Shown here in pieces: positions 24,041 to 37,840 of a stretch of 64,000 bases of DNA. A model generated the notes under the pieces. It was not told where the DNA came from and did not search any database. It saw nothing but the letters and a program-made list of their open reading frames with translations. The position numbers and the translations under genes are program-made. Every line of letters starts with the position of its first letter. Position 1 is the first letter of the stretch. The stretch is from Octopus vulgaris (taxonomy: Eukaryota), in assembly GCA_951406725.2 (NCBI GenBank), contig OX597827.1, positions 80,104,001 through 80,168,000 on the forward strand. The letters are read 5' to 3'.

Positions 24041-26398
24041 CTTTGTAGACTTTTGAAGACTTCTGCTCATCGTCGATGTCTTCCAGTCTTCAGGATAGTA
24101 ATGGCTCCTCGAATGACCATATCTGTCTGACATCTCTCCTCGATTACCTGACATCACAGGTACACTGTTGTTACCTTGATAGATCAACTGTCTCATCTCA
24201 TTGCGACATTGGTATGCCTGTTTCTCTTCTGCTGTTCTTTCAGATGAGCTATTTCTCACATTGTTACATCTCACAATACACAGGGTTATAGAAACCACAA
24301 TAGCTATAGATACTATCACAGCTGCTACTACAATGATAATCAACAATGTCGCATCTATTGTGTTATCACTTGGTAGGTGCACAGCTGTGAACATTGGTGA
24401 CGTCTTGTTACTAACAGTCAGTGTCAAAGACACACTAGTTGTTGCTGACAGAACTGGAGTACCACTGTCTTTCACAACAAACTCAAGCTCATATGATCCG
24501 GCATCATTTTGGTAAACTGTGCGAGAGTAAGATAACACACCAGTGAAAGAGTCCAGTTTAAATAACTGTCTCTCGTTACCTGAAATGATTTCATACCTGA
24601 GAAAAGCATTCATGTGACTGTCTATATCAGATGCTTTCAGAACTGTGATGTCGTTCTTACTTTGCGGATGATAGTGGACATTAAGAGTGAAAGGGTCAAC
24701 ACTAGGAAATGTAAAATATGGAGCATTATCATTTCTATCCAATACTTCCACTTCAACATTCACTGTGTTATTCAGAGATGGGCTTCCATTGTCTTTCACA
24801 AAAACCTCAAACTCATAGAAATCTCTGTGTTCTCTGTCTAAAGACTGGTTTGTTGAAATAAAGCCAGAGTTGATAATCTGGAATGGCAGACGATATTGCT
24901 GTTTATTTCTCAGAGAATAAGACAATTCACCTCCCTTACCAATATCTGGGTCTGTAGCATTGATAAAGCCAATAGGGAAATTAGCTTTGTCATTCTCATA
25001 GGTAAGGAACTTGAATGTGTCTTTCGTAAAGTGTGGTTCTACATCATTCACATCCATCACTTGGATTGACAGATCTTTATCAGTTTTCAGAGCAGGTAAT
25101 CCTTTATCTTCACACGACACAGTAAAGTGATAATGTTCCTGTGTCTCTCTGTCTACTGCTTTCTTTAGAACTATTTTATATTCCTTGGATCCCATTGACT
25201 GTAGCTTGAATGTGTCGTCTTTGATATGACAGTTCACCTGTCCATTGTGTCCAACATCATTGTCAGTGACCATCACATAAGCAATGAAACTACCAACTTT
25301 GATGTCTTCCAGAATGGTGGCTGTGTTGTGATTCTGTGTAGAAATAAAGTTCACATCAATATTTGGGGGATTATTATGTTGGTTGATGACGTTTACCATA
25401 ACAGTTGCTATGGAACTGAGAGGAGGGTTGCCCCCATCTCTGGCTTCAATGTATATTTTAAAAGATTCGTCCATATCAATATTTGAAGATGTAGCTAAAT
25501 ATAATTTCCCAGTATTTTCATCTAAATTAAAATATCTCTTCACTTTCTCAGTAGTTTTCCTTGCAAAATAATATGATATTTTACCATTCCTGCCAATGTC
25601 TAAATCACTGGCAGATAATGTGACTACTGGAATATTCTTTTTATGTTTATGTTCTATAGAGACATTGTAGACTCGTTGGGAAAATTTTGGTTTATTATCA
25701 TTTTCATCTTCCACAGATATTTTAACATTTAAAACAGATTGTTTTGGTGGAGTTCCCCCATCTTTAGCAATGACTTCAATATTGTAACTGTCCTTCTTTT
25801 CTCTGTCTAATTTCTCTTCTAAAATAATTCCTAATGCTGATATCTCATCTGTTTCTTTTGAAACTGATAAAGAAAAATGTCCATTATCTTTTTTTAATTC
25901 ATAAGTAATTAAGTTGTTTTCATGGCTCATATCTTTATCAATGGCATGAGGAATGGGTTTCTTCATACCATCTCTGTCTCCTTCGCCAAAGATCAGTGTA
26001 ATGTCCTTCTCAGGAAACTCAGGTTGGTGGTCATTGATGTCTTCTATTATGACTTTAATCTTTAAGATCTTCATAAATGTCTTGGATTTGTGAACAGCAA
26101 CTTTAACGATTTCAAAACATTCTTTCTCATAACTACACACAGACTCAGCATCCAATGTCTCAACAGTGTACAGTTTACCTGTTCTCGTCACATTGAACAA
26201 CTGTTCTCCCTTTTGTTGCAGTTGACTAAATGTAATTAAATCCTTATTCTTTATGAAGGAGCTGTCTGATTTCTGTAAGTCAATAGCAATGTCCCCTACA
26301 TAGGTATGAGGAATATTCTCTTCTTTAACATGGTATGTGATATCTTCACTTAGATAACAATGGAAGGAAGTAAGTAAAACCCATAGAAACAGCAGCAT
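24041..26398 (-). CDS. Protocadherin Pcdh3 large exon E2 (786 codons)
   Basis: Six cadherin repeats plus TM; donor AAG|gtaagc; acceptor gtttcag| places the exon start at 26452. Confidence 0.95.
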
Positions 26399-27029
26399 CT
26401 TGTTTTGGTGTTAATACAGTATCCAAAGAAAGGATAGCTTTAAAAATTCAATCTGAAACAGAAAACATTTTGTCTAAATGAGCAATTTTGGCTTCTTTCA
26501 ATTTACTTCAATGCATAAATATCTTTTAAACAAATTAAGTCTGTGCATAACTAAAATAAGCCTATGCCATTCAAACGGAATATATTGTCAATGTAATGGT
26601 TTTTTTACTACGATAATTTATTAAATACATAGGACAGATAATAGGTAATAAAAATACAATGGATGTCATTTGAATATTAATTGGTATTGTATTAGTGAAT
26701 GGTAATTATAGAAAATATATAACTTTAGATTACAGGTGTTTCACTGAAGCTTCACATATCATAGAAACCCGAGAAAAATTCAACTTCAGACATGTATTTG
26801 CATTTATCTCAGGTTTCTACGAGGTATGAAGCTTCTGAGACTGTTGACAATTGATAATCAAAGTATCGATAATCCAAGCAAGATCTACTTGATGCTGATG
26901 ATGATGATCAATACTATTAAGGATATGTTTTACTTAATCTAATTTTGAATTGATACATAACACATTTTAATAGTAATTTTCACAGTAATTTTTCTTATTC
27001 AGTATGAGCTGTGGAGTAGAGAGAATTTA

Positions 27030-27630
27030 ATTGTTTCATGGTTTGGTGATCTGAAGGTAAAAAACAGTTTTATAACCAAGTCTCTGACCTACCACATCAA
27101 CATGCAATATACAGCTGATCATGAGACAAATGTGGACCTGTAAGTTAGAGTGTAGCAACCCTGAGGGACAGTCCTTGAGACCTGATGATGGCCTCAAAAA
27201 TATGACAGCATCACAGGGAAACCCAGTTGAAGGAAAACCTTGGAACACTGGGTTACTTGGACATCTCTATTAAGTGCAACTCCCAAGTTGGTAGAAAGAA
27301 GAAGTCTTTTATCTCTTCTCATATCACAGGATGCCTTCAGACATGCTTTCAACTTATCAGCAGGTGTCCCCTTTACAATCAGAATTGGACTCAAATCCCT
27401 AGACAGCATGACTGTAACGAGGCAAATGATGTTGGTGTTATGTCTGACAATTAGTCAGGTGCAAAAGAGAACCACAACAGCAACAACATGACACATTGTG
27501 CACTCATACTGTTCAGCTTGGTCTGCTTCAAAACATTTCAATTCATTGTCAATATTAAATAGAAGACTGCCATTGTGTGCCTCGTTGACTGGCAGCTGAA
27601 AAGCAGCTTAATAACCAAGAAAGATTCCCA
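27030..27630 (-). mobile_element. Internally deleted Helitron helicase remnant
   Basis: Right part nearly identical to 38099-38500; left part reads GQSLRVATL*LTGPHLSHDQLYIAC (helicase motif V/VI-like). Confidence 0.75.
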
Positions 27631-28436
27631 AAATTATTATGAATTACTTAATCGCTATTAAAATCTATCACAAGAGGAAAGCTTTTAACTCTCAGATATT
27701 AATGACTAGTCCCAAATATATCTTAAACACAGATATATTAGGCTTTAAAGATGCTTTTAAAGGGAAAACCAGTTAGTTAACAGACATAATATATTCAAGA
27801 TGGATGGTGTTTGTAAATTATGCTTTAAATCAGAATATACATAAGAGGGAGCATCTGTGAAGTTCAAGACAAACAAATACTGCAGGGTGTTTCTGTTTTA
27901 AAGAATTTACTTATCAGTTTTCTTGCAAATTTTTACATCTTTTGCTTTTGCTACCACTTATAGACAAATAAATATGAAACAAGAAACCTCTTAAAATTGT
28001 ATCTATTTTTGTGGATAACATAATTATTTCTAGCATTTATATTCTGAAATGTGAAGTTTCTTTAAGTAATTGTTGAATAAACTTCACTGACCAAAGACTA
28101 AATGATTTATTTGAAACACATTACAAAACAGACACCATTCAAATAGGAAGGTAGTAATTATTTGAAAGGAAATCAGAAATAAAAGAACTGCCATAAAATA
28201 TATCCAGAATTCTCAGCAAAGTTTTAAAATATCCAGTTTGGGGGAAATTATTCAAATTATATTCTGCACAAGCTTTCAATTTCTTTAATTATCAATAAAT
28301 ACAAAAGACAAACGAAGCCTCAACCAGATCTAATATGGCCACCATTACAATATAACATTTTGGTGTCAGAATACAGTTATAAATGAAATCATTATTTCAC
28401 ATAATTTGAATAAATAATATGGAATAACAAACTTAC

Positions 28437-28926
28437 CTTCATTGTGTAAAATCCTTTGTTGTATAAACTGTGACTTGGTCCCAATGTTCTGTTGTTAATG
28501 GTTGTCTGTGTCACTGCTGCTATGGTGTGACAATGGCTTCATGTTGATGGAATAGTGTTGGTGGTGAGTCAGTGGGAACCAGCAGTTCCCTCTCAGTCTT
28601 CCTTTGTGGATGTGTGGTGTTTAGTGAGTGTGTGTGTGTGAGTGTGTGTGAAAGGGAGGAGGAGGAGTAGGATGGGTGATGCTTACTACAGCCTCTCTCA
28701 GACTAGATGTTGCCTCTCACACACAAAGACAGAGTAGTGAGAGAACACACACTATCAGCTCCACTAACAGTCAGCCATGATAAGTCTATATAACACCAAC
28801 ATGTCTGATGTGGAGAGAGACTGACATAGAAATCCTTAGAACAGAGAGGTTATATTAACAAAATATGGCTGATGTTGTTAATGTGTGTGTAATTTAAAAT
28901 GTAAATACAATATTGACAATAATAGT
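28437..28926 (-). promoter_or_regulatory. Conserved leader exon E1 / putative promoter block of Pcdh3
   Basis: Near-identical block; donor AAG|gtaagt at 28437. Confidence 0.7.
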
Positions 28927-29380
28927 TTGTGGGTGTCTGACCTAATTCAAATCTAAGTCTCATATAAGGATATCTATGGAAAATTTAAAGAGATATATCA
29001 ACTTATTACAATATATCCTCTGAAATATTAATTACTTATCATTTATTTATTTTTTTGTTATAATTTAAATCACATTTTCGAGTATAAATTGAATTTCCCA
29101 GGCATAATGTCTACTTCTGCACAATATTTCACTTAATGTTTGTTCACTTAACTATGAATTGTTACCAATGGATCCTTCATATCTGAAGTTGTTAGTTTCT
29201 TGTTCATCTGGAGTAATATTCCCAAGATATACACAAAATATATTCTCTCAAACATATTTGAAGATATTCAGTCATATGTTGGCAATATTATTATCTAACT
29301 AAAATATTTCTGTTGCTTTTAAATGTTGTGTGAATGTTGAAGGTGATATTATTTCTGTTGTGTTCCTTTCTCAGTCTCAC

Positions 29381-29502
29381 TTAACTGACAACAACATCTG
29401 GTGTTGAAGGTAACTGTCTCTCTGGAGGTTTCACATATCTGTCTTGGTAATGGTCTCTCTCACTGGTGCTTGATACATCTGGTGGGGCACCACCATAGAT
29501 TC
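29381..29502 (-). CDS. Pcdh4 terminal exon E4
   Basis: Acceptor gtttcag|GA, 122 coding nt ending in TAA. Confidence 0.85.
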
Positions 29503-30068
29503 CTGAAACACACATATATATACATCAAGTAAACTCATTACACAGTTCATACGGTCAATGGGTATTTACTGTCGTTAGTAATCAATGTTTTGTCCACAAC
29601 ATTCAATGGACTAAAATGAAGAACAACATCAATAATTAAAGATGTCACATTGAAATCGTGTCTCAGTATCCTACAACATCACAGAACATTACAAACCCCA
29701 ATCATACAACTGATATGATAATTTAGACTCAAATGGTTAAATTAAAATCAGCCTATTAAATAACTGCTTTTGCTTACATATTGTTGAAGTTTCCAACCTT
29801 GGTAACAATAATGGGTTGTTCTTAAAACCACATGCTCTCTCACATGTGCTATCTGTTTCCTTACTGAACCAAAGCTAATGAATATTTCATTCAATTACCC
29901 TAAAATTACACAATTAATATATATGTGGATGGACATAATCTTTCATTTTTAGTCACTAGAAGTTACAAAGTGATTCAAAGGCCAAGAGTTTCGAGCATGA
30001 CACTTGATAAGTGTAATGCAAAAAACTTTAAGACTGAAGCAGTTACTTTGCAACTTCTTACAATTAAA

Positions 30069-30099
<31 letters not shown>

Positions 30100-30100
30100 T

Positions 30101-30962
30101 ACAGCAGTGAAACATGGACTATGAATGCTGAGGACATGTGTATGATTGAAAGAAATGAAGCTAGTATGATCCGCTGGATGTTTAATGTCAGTATGCATAC
30201 ACAACAGAGTGTGAGCACCCTGAGAGAAAAGTTGGACATAAGAAGCATCAGATGTGGTGTGCAAGAGAGACAACTGCACTGGTATGGTCATGTGTTGTGT
30301 ATGGATGAGGACAGCCGTGTGAGGAAGTGTCACACCATAACTGTGGAAGAAACCTGTGAAAGAGGTAGACCTAGGAAGACATGGGATGAGGTGGTGAAGC
30401 ATGACCTTCAAACATTGGGCCTCACAGAGGCAATGACAGGAGATCAAGACCTTTGGAGATATGCTGTAATTAAGAAGAGCAGGCAACTAATGTGAGATCG
30501 CAGCCAGGGCCGATGCCAGTGTTGCATGTCTGGCCCATTTAAGAGTACCTTTGATTCATTGGGTGGTAGGATATGCTTGGGAAGACCTGTTAAGCCAAAT
30601 AAAACCAAAATCATAGCTGTCGCCAATGACCGCTGACTGACTCCCATGCTGGTAGCATGTAAAAAGCAACATCTGAATGCGGTTGATGCCAGGTCCGCCT
30701 GCGTAGCTCCCATACCGGTGGTACATAAAAAGCACCATCCGAATGTGATCAATGCCAGGTCCACCTGACTGGCTCCTGTGTTGGTGGCAGGTAAAAAGCA
30801 CCCACTACACTCTCAGAGTGGCTGGCATTAAGAAGGGCATCCAGCTGTAGAAACCTTGCCAGATCAGATTGGAGCCTGGTACAGCTGCAGGCTGTCCAGA
30901 CCCCAGTCAACCATCCAAAATATGCCAGCATGGAAAACAGACGTTAAACGATGATGATGATA
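30101..30962 (+). mobile_element. 5'-truncated RTE-clade LINE fragment (duplicated copy of 11493-12353)
   Basis: Same position, flanks and RTE motifs as in the Pcdh2 intron. Confidence 0.85.
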
Positions 30963-31413
30963 ATTTGCCTGTTTTGAATTCTATTTATTCTGCTTCTTCT
31001 ACAAAGTTTAAAAAGACAATATAAAACAGCATCTCACAAAGCAGAATATATCTTCAAACATTTGTTAACATTGGAAGAAAATTACAAATTTGCTGACCAC
31101 TCAACAACCTGTAATCAATACTGACAAGAGTAATAAACAACATAAAGAATTTTTCCTTAATTCAACCTGCTGTAAATGGATATCAAGATTAATATATTTG
31201 TTGTGTCACTGTAGAAAGTAAACAACGAAAATGGCTACATATTAGATGAAAATTTTCTTAACTCTCACAATAAGTTCTAATCCTGCCCTGAATGTGGTGA
31301 AGCTGAAGCCATCCAAGTTTATATTTCCCAGTTAGATGTTTCCTCCACTTTAGATTTCAGTGGATATGGGTATTTCTGAAGAGAAAAAATTGGTCAAATA
31401 AATGTTATCCTAC

Positions 31414-31567
31414 CTGACATTGCTGGTATTTCTTCATACTGTCTACTGGACCGCTCACTCCAGCACTGTCCACTGCTCTTACGACTGGTCAATGTGTCAG
31501 TGGGATAGTTAGAAGATGGTCTGTTGTCTCCATAAGATGTCACCTCAATCGGTTGACTGTATTTCTG
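31414..31567 (-). CDS. Pcdh4 exon E3 (154 nt)
   Basis: Conserved splice sites; open frame with one His>Asn change. Confidence 0.88.
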
Positions 31568-32335
31568 CTGTAAAATGCAATAGTATCAATATATAATGTA
31601 CAGATAACAGTGTAATATTTAGTAATAATGAAACTTACAGGTTTCTTCGGAGGTATAAACAATTTTGTCCAATATTTATGATAATGTAATATTGACAACA
31701 TTTTATATCTATAGAAAAATCAGTTCAATTTCTTCCATTGATAGTTAAGATTTTTTAATCCTTACTGGCAAGGAGTAGGAGTAATGCCATTCTTCCACTG
31801 ACAAAATACTAAAACCATCACTTTTTACCTCATTATGTTTCCTCATTTCCTATAAGACAAATTAGCCAAAGTCACAAACAACTGTGAACAATACTTTTAT
31901 AATTGGTTCTACAGTCTCTCTTAGAGACTTCTTTCTGAAAGGATAATGCAAATTTAGAATGTGTGGATGAACAGAGTAATGTATGATTTGGCAGCCTTAA
32001 TCTCCAGAATAACAGCTTACAAAGATATTTCAGTTGTTGTAACTAAGAGGCTTCCACAATGTCAGATTTTCATTTGTCATAAATTTCTGATAACATACAG
32101 ACGGTTGTAATCATAACAAAAGTTAATGATTAAATAAATATAAAGCAAGATTCCTCATCATATCGAAATGGCATTTTCTGATTCATACATAATATATATT
32201 TCGAACATTTTGAAGCTAAACAGTATGTATATTAGATCAAATTAACTGTAATGTCAAATATAAAATGTGTGATTAAGAAATTATTCTTAATCACACATTA
32301 TTTACTAAGAGAATGTTTATTGAAATAAAACTTAC

Positions 32336-34693
32336 CTTTGTAGACTTCTGAAGTGATCTGCTCATTGTCGATGTCTTCCAGTCTTCAGGATAGTAATGGC
32401 TCCTCGAATGACCATATCTGTCTGACATCTCTCCTCGATTACCTGACATCACAGGTACACTGTTGTTACCTTGATAGATCAACTGTCTCATCTCATTGCG
32501 ACATTGGTATGCCTGTTTCTCTTCTGCTGTTCTTTCAGATGAGCTATTTCTCACATTGTTACATCTCACAATACACAGGGTTATAGAAACCACAATAGCT
32601 ATAGATACTATCACAGCTGCTACTACAATGATAATCAACAATGTCGCATCTATTGTGTTATCACTTGGTAGGTGCACAGCTGTGAACATTGGTGACGTCT
32701 TGTTACTAACAGTCAGTGTCAAAGACACACTAGTTGTTGCTGACAGAACTGGAGTACCACTGTCTTTCACAACAAACTCAAGCTCATATGATCCAGCATC
32801 ATTTTGGTAAACTGTGCGAGAGTAAGATAACACACCAGTGAACGAATCCAGTTTAAATAACTGTCTCTCGTTACCTGAAACGATTTCGTACCTGAGAAAA
32901 GCATTCATGTGACTGTCTATATCAGATGCTTTCAGAACTGTGATGTCGTTCTTACTTTGCGGATGATAGTGGACATTAAGAGTGAAAGGGTCAACACTAG
33001 GAAATGTAAAATATGGAGCATTATCATTTCTATCCAATACTTCCACTTCAACATTCACTGTGTTATTCAGAGATGGGCTTCCATTGTCTTTCACAAAAAC
33101 CTCAAACTCATAGAAATCTCTGTGTTCTCTGTCTAAAGACTGGTTTGTTGAAATAAAGCCAGAGTTGATAATCTGGAATGGCAGACGATATTGCTGTTTA
33201 TTTCTCAGAGAATAAGACAATTCACCTCCCTTACCAATATCTGGGTCTGTAGCATTGATAAAGCCAATAGGGAAATTAGCTTTGTCATTCTCATAGGTAA
33301 GGAACTTGAATGTGTCTTTCGTAAAGTGTGGTTCTACATCATTCACATCCAACACTTGGATTGACAGATCTTTATCAGTTTTCAGAGCAGGTAATCCTTT
33401 ATCTTCACACGACACAGTAAAGTGATAATGTTCCTGTGTCTCTCTGTCTACTGCTTTCTTTAGAACTATTTTATATTCCTTCGATCCCATTGACTGTAGT
33501 TTGAATGTGTCATCTTTGATATGACAGTTCACCTGTCCATTGTGTCCAACATCATTGTCAGTGACCATCACATAAGCAATGAAACTACCAACTTTGATGT
33601 CTTCCAGAATGGTAGCTGTGTTGTGATTCTGTGTAGAAATAAAGTTCACATCAATATTTGGAGGATTGTTGTGTTCATTGATGACATTTACCATAACAGT
33701 GGCTATGGAACTGAGAGGAGGGTTGCCATTGTCTCTAGCTTCAATGGATATTTTAAAAGACTTGTCCTTATCAATTTTTGAAGATGTAGCTAAATATAAT
33801 TTTCCAGTATTTTCATTTAAATTGAAGTTCCTCTTCACTTTCTCAGTAGTTTTTCTAGCAAAGTAATATGATATTTTACCATTCCTGCCAATATCTAAAT
33901 CACTGGCAGATAATGTGACTACTGGAATATTCTTTTTGTGTTTATGTTCTATAGAGACATTGTAGATACTTTGGGAAAATTGAGGCCTGTTGTCATTTTC
34001 ATCTTCTACAGATATTTTAACATTTAAAACAGATTCTTTTGGTGGAGTTCCCCCATCTTTAGCAATGACTTCAATATTGTAGCTGTCTTTCGTTTCTCTG
34101 TCCAATTTCTCTTCTAAAATTATCTCTAATGCTGAAAATTCATCTGTTTGTTTTGAAACTGATAATGAAAAATGTCCATTATCTTTTTTTAATTCATATG
34201 TTACCAAGCTGTTCTTATGACCCATATCATTATCAACAGCATTGGGTATTGATAGTTTTGCTCCTTTACCATCTCTCTCTGAAAACTGAATGTTGACCTC
34301 TTCAGTTGGAAATTCAGGTTTGTGGTCATTGATGTCTTCTATTATGACTTTAATCTTTAAGATCTTCATAAATGTCTTGGATTTGTGAACAGCAACTTTA
34401 ACGATTTCAAAACATTCTTTCTCATAACTACACACAGACTCAGCATCCAATGTCTCAACAGTGTACAGTTTACCTGTTCTCGTCACATTGAACAACTGTT
34501 CTCCCTTTTGTTGCAGTTGACTAAATGTTATCAAATCCTTATTCTTTAAGAAGGAGCTGTCTGATTTCTGTAAGTCAGTAGCAATGTCCCCTACATAAGT
34601 ATAGGGAATATTCTCTTCTTTAACATGGTATGTGATATCTTCACTTGCATAACAGTGGAATAAAGTCAATAAAACACATATGTGTAACAACAT
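32336..34693 (-). CDS. Protocadherin Pcdh4 large exon E2 (786 codons)
   Basis: Six cadherin repeats plus TM; donor AAG|gtaagt; acceptor places the exon start at 34749. Confidence 0.95.
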
Positions 34694-35420
34694 CTCTGGT
34701 CCTGATGTTAATGCAGTATCCAGAAAAAAGATGACTTGAAAAATTTGGTCTGAAAGAGAAAATATTTTGTTTCAATGAGCAATCTTGACTAGTTTCGGTT
34801 TATTTCAATGCATGAATATTTTTTAAACAAATTAAGTGACTAGCAATCATATGTAATTATAATATTTTCTAGCGCTTATAAAACTACCTGTTTTCCATAA
34901 AATCTTCAGAGATGTTTTTATGTCATTGTATTCAACACACACAGTTTAATAAGAAATCTATTTGCATAAATATTCTTTTAAATTCATAACTCCCTTGTGT
35001 TTCACTAATTTCTTTCCATTTTATCATCTTAATCTTTCACACATTATATTTATTATGTGTCCACTAACCCGGGTAATATATTTTATATAATTACCCTCAC
35101 TAATACTCAAAAATTGCATTCAGATGCTATCCATTATACCCTTTATCTAACATGTAATATATTTTAGAAGCTGTCATAGTGACATAACTATCACAACAAC
35201 ATTGTATTTAATTTCAATGTGAAATGCTCATTTTGATTATGTACACAAATAATGGAAAGAATAGAAAACAACGGATTTTAATAACAATTCAGAAATTTCA
35301 TGTTTTGCTCTCCATGACCCACATGATAACATAATCAATTATATAATGATTATCTAATTATTTGTACATATTAAATTAACTTGATTCAATGTTATGTGAT
35401 AGACATTTATCTACACTTAT

Positions 35421-35622
35421 TCTTTTCACCTCAAGGTACAAGGTCTGAAATTTTGGGGGAGGGGGCCAGTCGATTTGATCGACCACCAGTAAGTAGCTGG
35501 TACTTATTTTATCGACTCCGAAAGGATGAGGGCAGAGGTGACCTCAGCGGAATTTGAACGTAAAGACAGATGAAAGACTGCTAAGCATCTCGCTTGGCAT
35601 GCTAATGTTTCTGCCAGCTCAC
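35421..35622 (-). mobile_element. tRNA-derived SINE (duplicate of 16825-17032)
   Basis: Same flanks and sequence with a small internal deletion. Confidence 0.75.
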
Positions 35623-36019
35623 TTCTACAGTTGTTCACTCTATTACATGTAACATTCAATGAACAAAAGTTTCCACTGGAAACTGGTTTCCAACTAAGTC
35701 TCCTAACAGTTTCCTGCATTTATAGTGATAATGAGAGTGGTAAAGACACATCTGTGAGACTCGAGGGGAAGAAATACTGGAACATATTTCGTTTTTAAAG
35801 TACTTTATAATTAGTTTTAATTTCTTTTGCCAATTTGATAATATATTGGAGCAAACAATCTACACATATATATATATACATACAGAACCAATGTAAAAAT
35901 CTACATTACACACATACATACACTTACAAAATATACATCTACTGAATAAGTTCTAATGAAATGTCTTCCACATCATATTGATACATAACAAAGTTTCACA
36001 GTAATATTTTTGTTCAGTA

Positions 36020-36457
36020 TGAAACCTGGAGTGAATAACATTGAATTGTTCTATGATTTGGTGCCCTGATGAAGAAAAAGGTGTTCTTGGCCCACCACAT
36101 CAACATTCAATATACAACTGACCACAAAAGAAATGTGGATTTGTAGAAACCCCAAGGACTGTCCTTGAGACTTGATGATGACCACAAAAACATGTGTCAC
36201 TGGAAAACTGCATGAGAACTTCTGGTCAGATGAAAGAAATGAGTGGAATGAAAGCATCTCTTCCCTTGACAAAACCAGTCATAATGGTGGCTTTCATTAC
36301 ATGAAGCATAAAAGAGTTGTCAGCAACTCTTGTATAGTAATAGTGATGCAGTGCATCTAAATATCCTTGCAACATTCCTGCATTCATTTCGGGATTGTAA
36401 GGAGAGACCACAATGGAATGAAGAGAATTGAGTGATTCTGTTGGATAACTACCAACA
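36020..36457 (-). mobile_element. Helitron helicase remnant, 3' part (interrupted by CR1)
   Basis: Homologous to about 17420-17866 (YPTESLNSL, IIKSQGQSL). Confidence 0.75.
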
Positions 36458-37806
36458 TCACCTGTCAACTATCGCCCAGTCAGTCTCACTAGCTGTATTG
36501 CAAAACTGATGGAATCGTGTGTCAGAGAAACACTCTGGAACTTCTAGAGCTCTCACAGTCTCATCCGACCCTCACAATATGGATTTGTCCCTAACTCCAG
36601 CTGCAGTGACCAGCTTGTCGAGTTCCTTGAGGACATTACTCAGATCACTGACAGTGGCTCATGGGTGGATGTTGTCTACCTTGACTTTGCTAAGGCTTTC
36701 AACTCTGTGCCACACAAAAGGCTTATGGTGAAACTCTCTGCAATGGGTGTGGGGGATGACCTTTTTAACTGGTTGAAATCCTTCATCCTCAGCCGAAAGG
36801 ATGTAGTCACAGTTCTAGGACAGCACTCTACACCATATGAGATGTCATCGGGTGTACCATAGGGATCTGTCCTTGGTCCCCTCCTGTTTGTGGCATACAT
36901 TAATGACATAGATGCCAATTTAAAGAATGCCACAGTATTGAAATATGCAGACAACATCAAGCTGTACCTTGAAATCAAGAGGACTGATCCTGATGTCTAC
37001 AACTCTTTCCTGCAATCAGACCTAGACACAATGCAGCAATGGATCACAGACTGGCAACTGAAACTGGCTGTGGACAAGTGTACCACCATGCATTTTGGGA
37101 GAAAAAAACCCTGCGTCCACATACTCCCTCCACAACACTGATATCAAGAAATCCTCTTGCGAGCGTGACCTAGGCATCACTGTCAGCAGTGATTTGCGTT
37201 GGACAAAGCATATCTCTAAAATTGTCAAGAAGGCTGAGGGTGTCTTGGCATCACTCAGCAAGACTTTTGTTAGCCGCTCTCCAGCCATCTATTTAAAACT
37301 GTATACAGCTATGGTACGACCACACTTGGAATTCGCATCATCAGTTTCGAATCCCTATTTTGCTCAGAACATTGACCTCCTGGAATCTGTCCAGAGACGT
37401 GCAACCAAACGCATACCCTCCATCAGACACCTACCATATTCTGAGCGCCTTGTTTCCCTGGGCATGGATTCACTGAAGCTCCGGCGTCTGGCGACGGACT
37501 TGGTAAACACCCACAAGGTTATCAACCACCTCACCAACAACAACACTGAACACCTTTTTGATCTCCATGTGTCTAACACACGTGGACATGCCTACAAAGT
37601 CAGAAAACAGCACAGCTCCCATGACTTTCGGAAACATATTTTCACGCTCAGGGTTGCTAAAGCGTGGAATAAACTGCCTGCATCAGTTGTTGACTGCCAT
37701 GACACTGCATCCTTTAAGGCCCTCATGCTTCCCGAAATCCGTCGAAACTACACCTGATTATATATACACTTTAGATGAGTTGTAGTGCACCTGAGCACTG
37801 TACACA

Positions 37807-37837
<31 letters not shown>
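36458..37837 (+). mobile_element. 5'-truncated CR1-type LINE (reverse transcriptase pseudogene)
   Basis: RT motifs NYRPVSLTS, QYGF, VVYLDFAKAFNSVPH, SGVP*GSVLGPLLF, KYADN, VRPHLEF, QRRATK; in-frame stop and frameshift; (ATT)n tail; empty site visible near 17866. Confidence 0.9.

Positions 37838-37840
<3 letters not shown>

Noticed and set aside
36665-37757. Functional reverse transcriptase driving diversification (DGR/retron-like idea)
   Set aside because: 5'-truncated CR1 LINE with a stop and frameshift, present at one paralogous site only; no template/variable repeat pair
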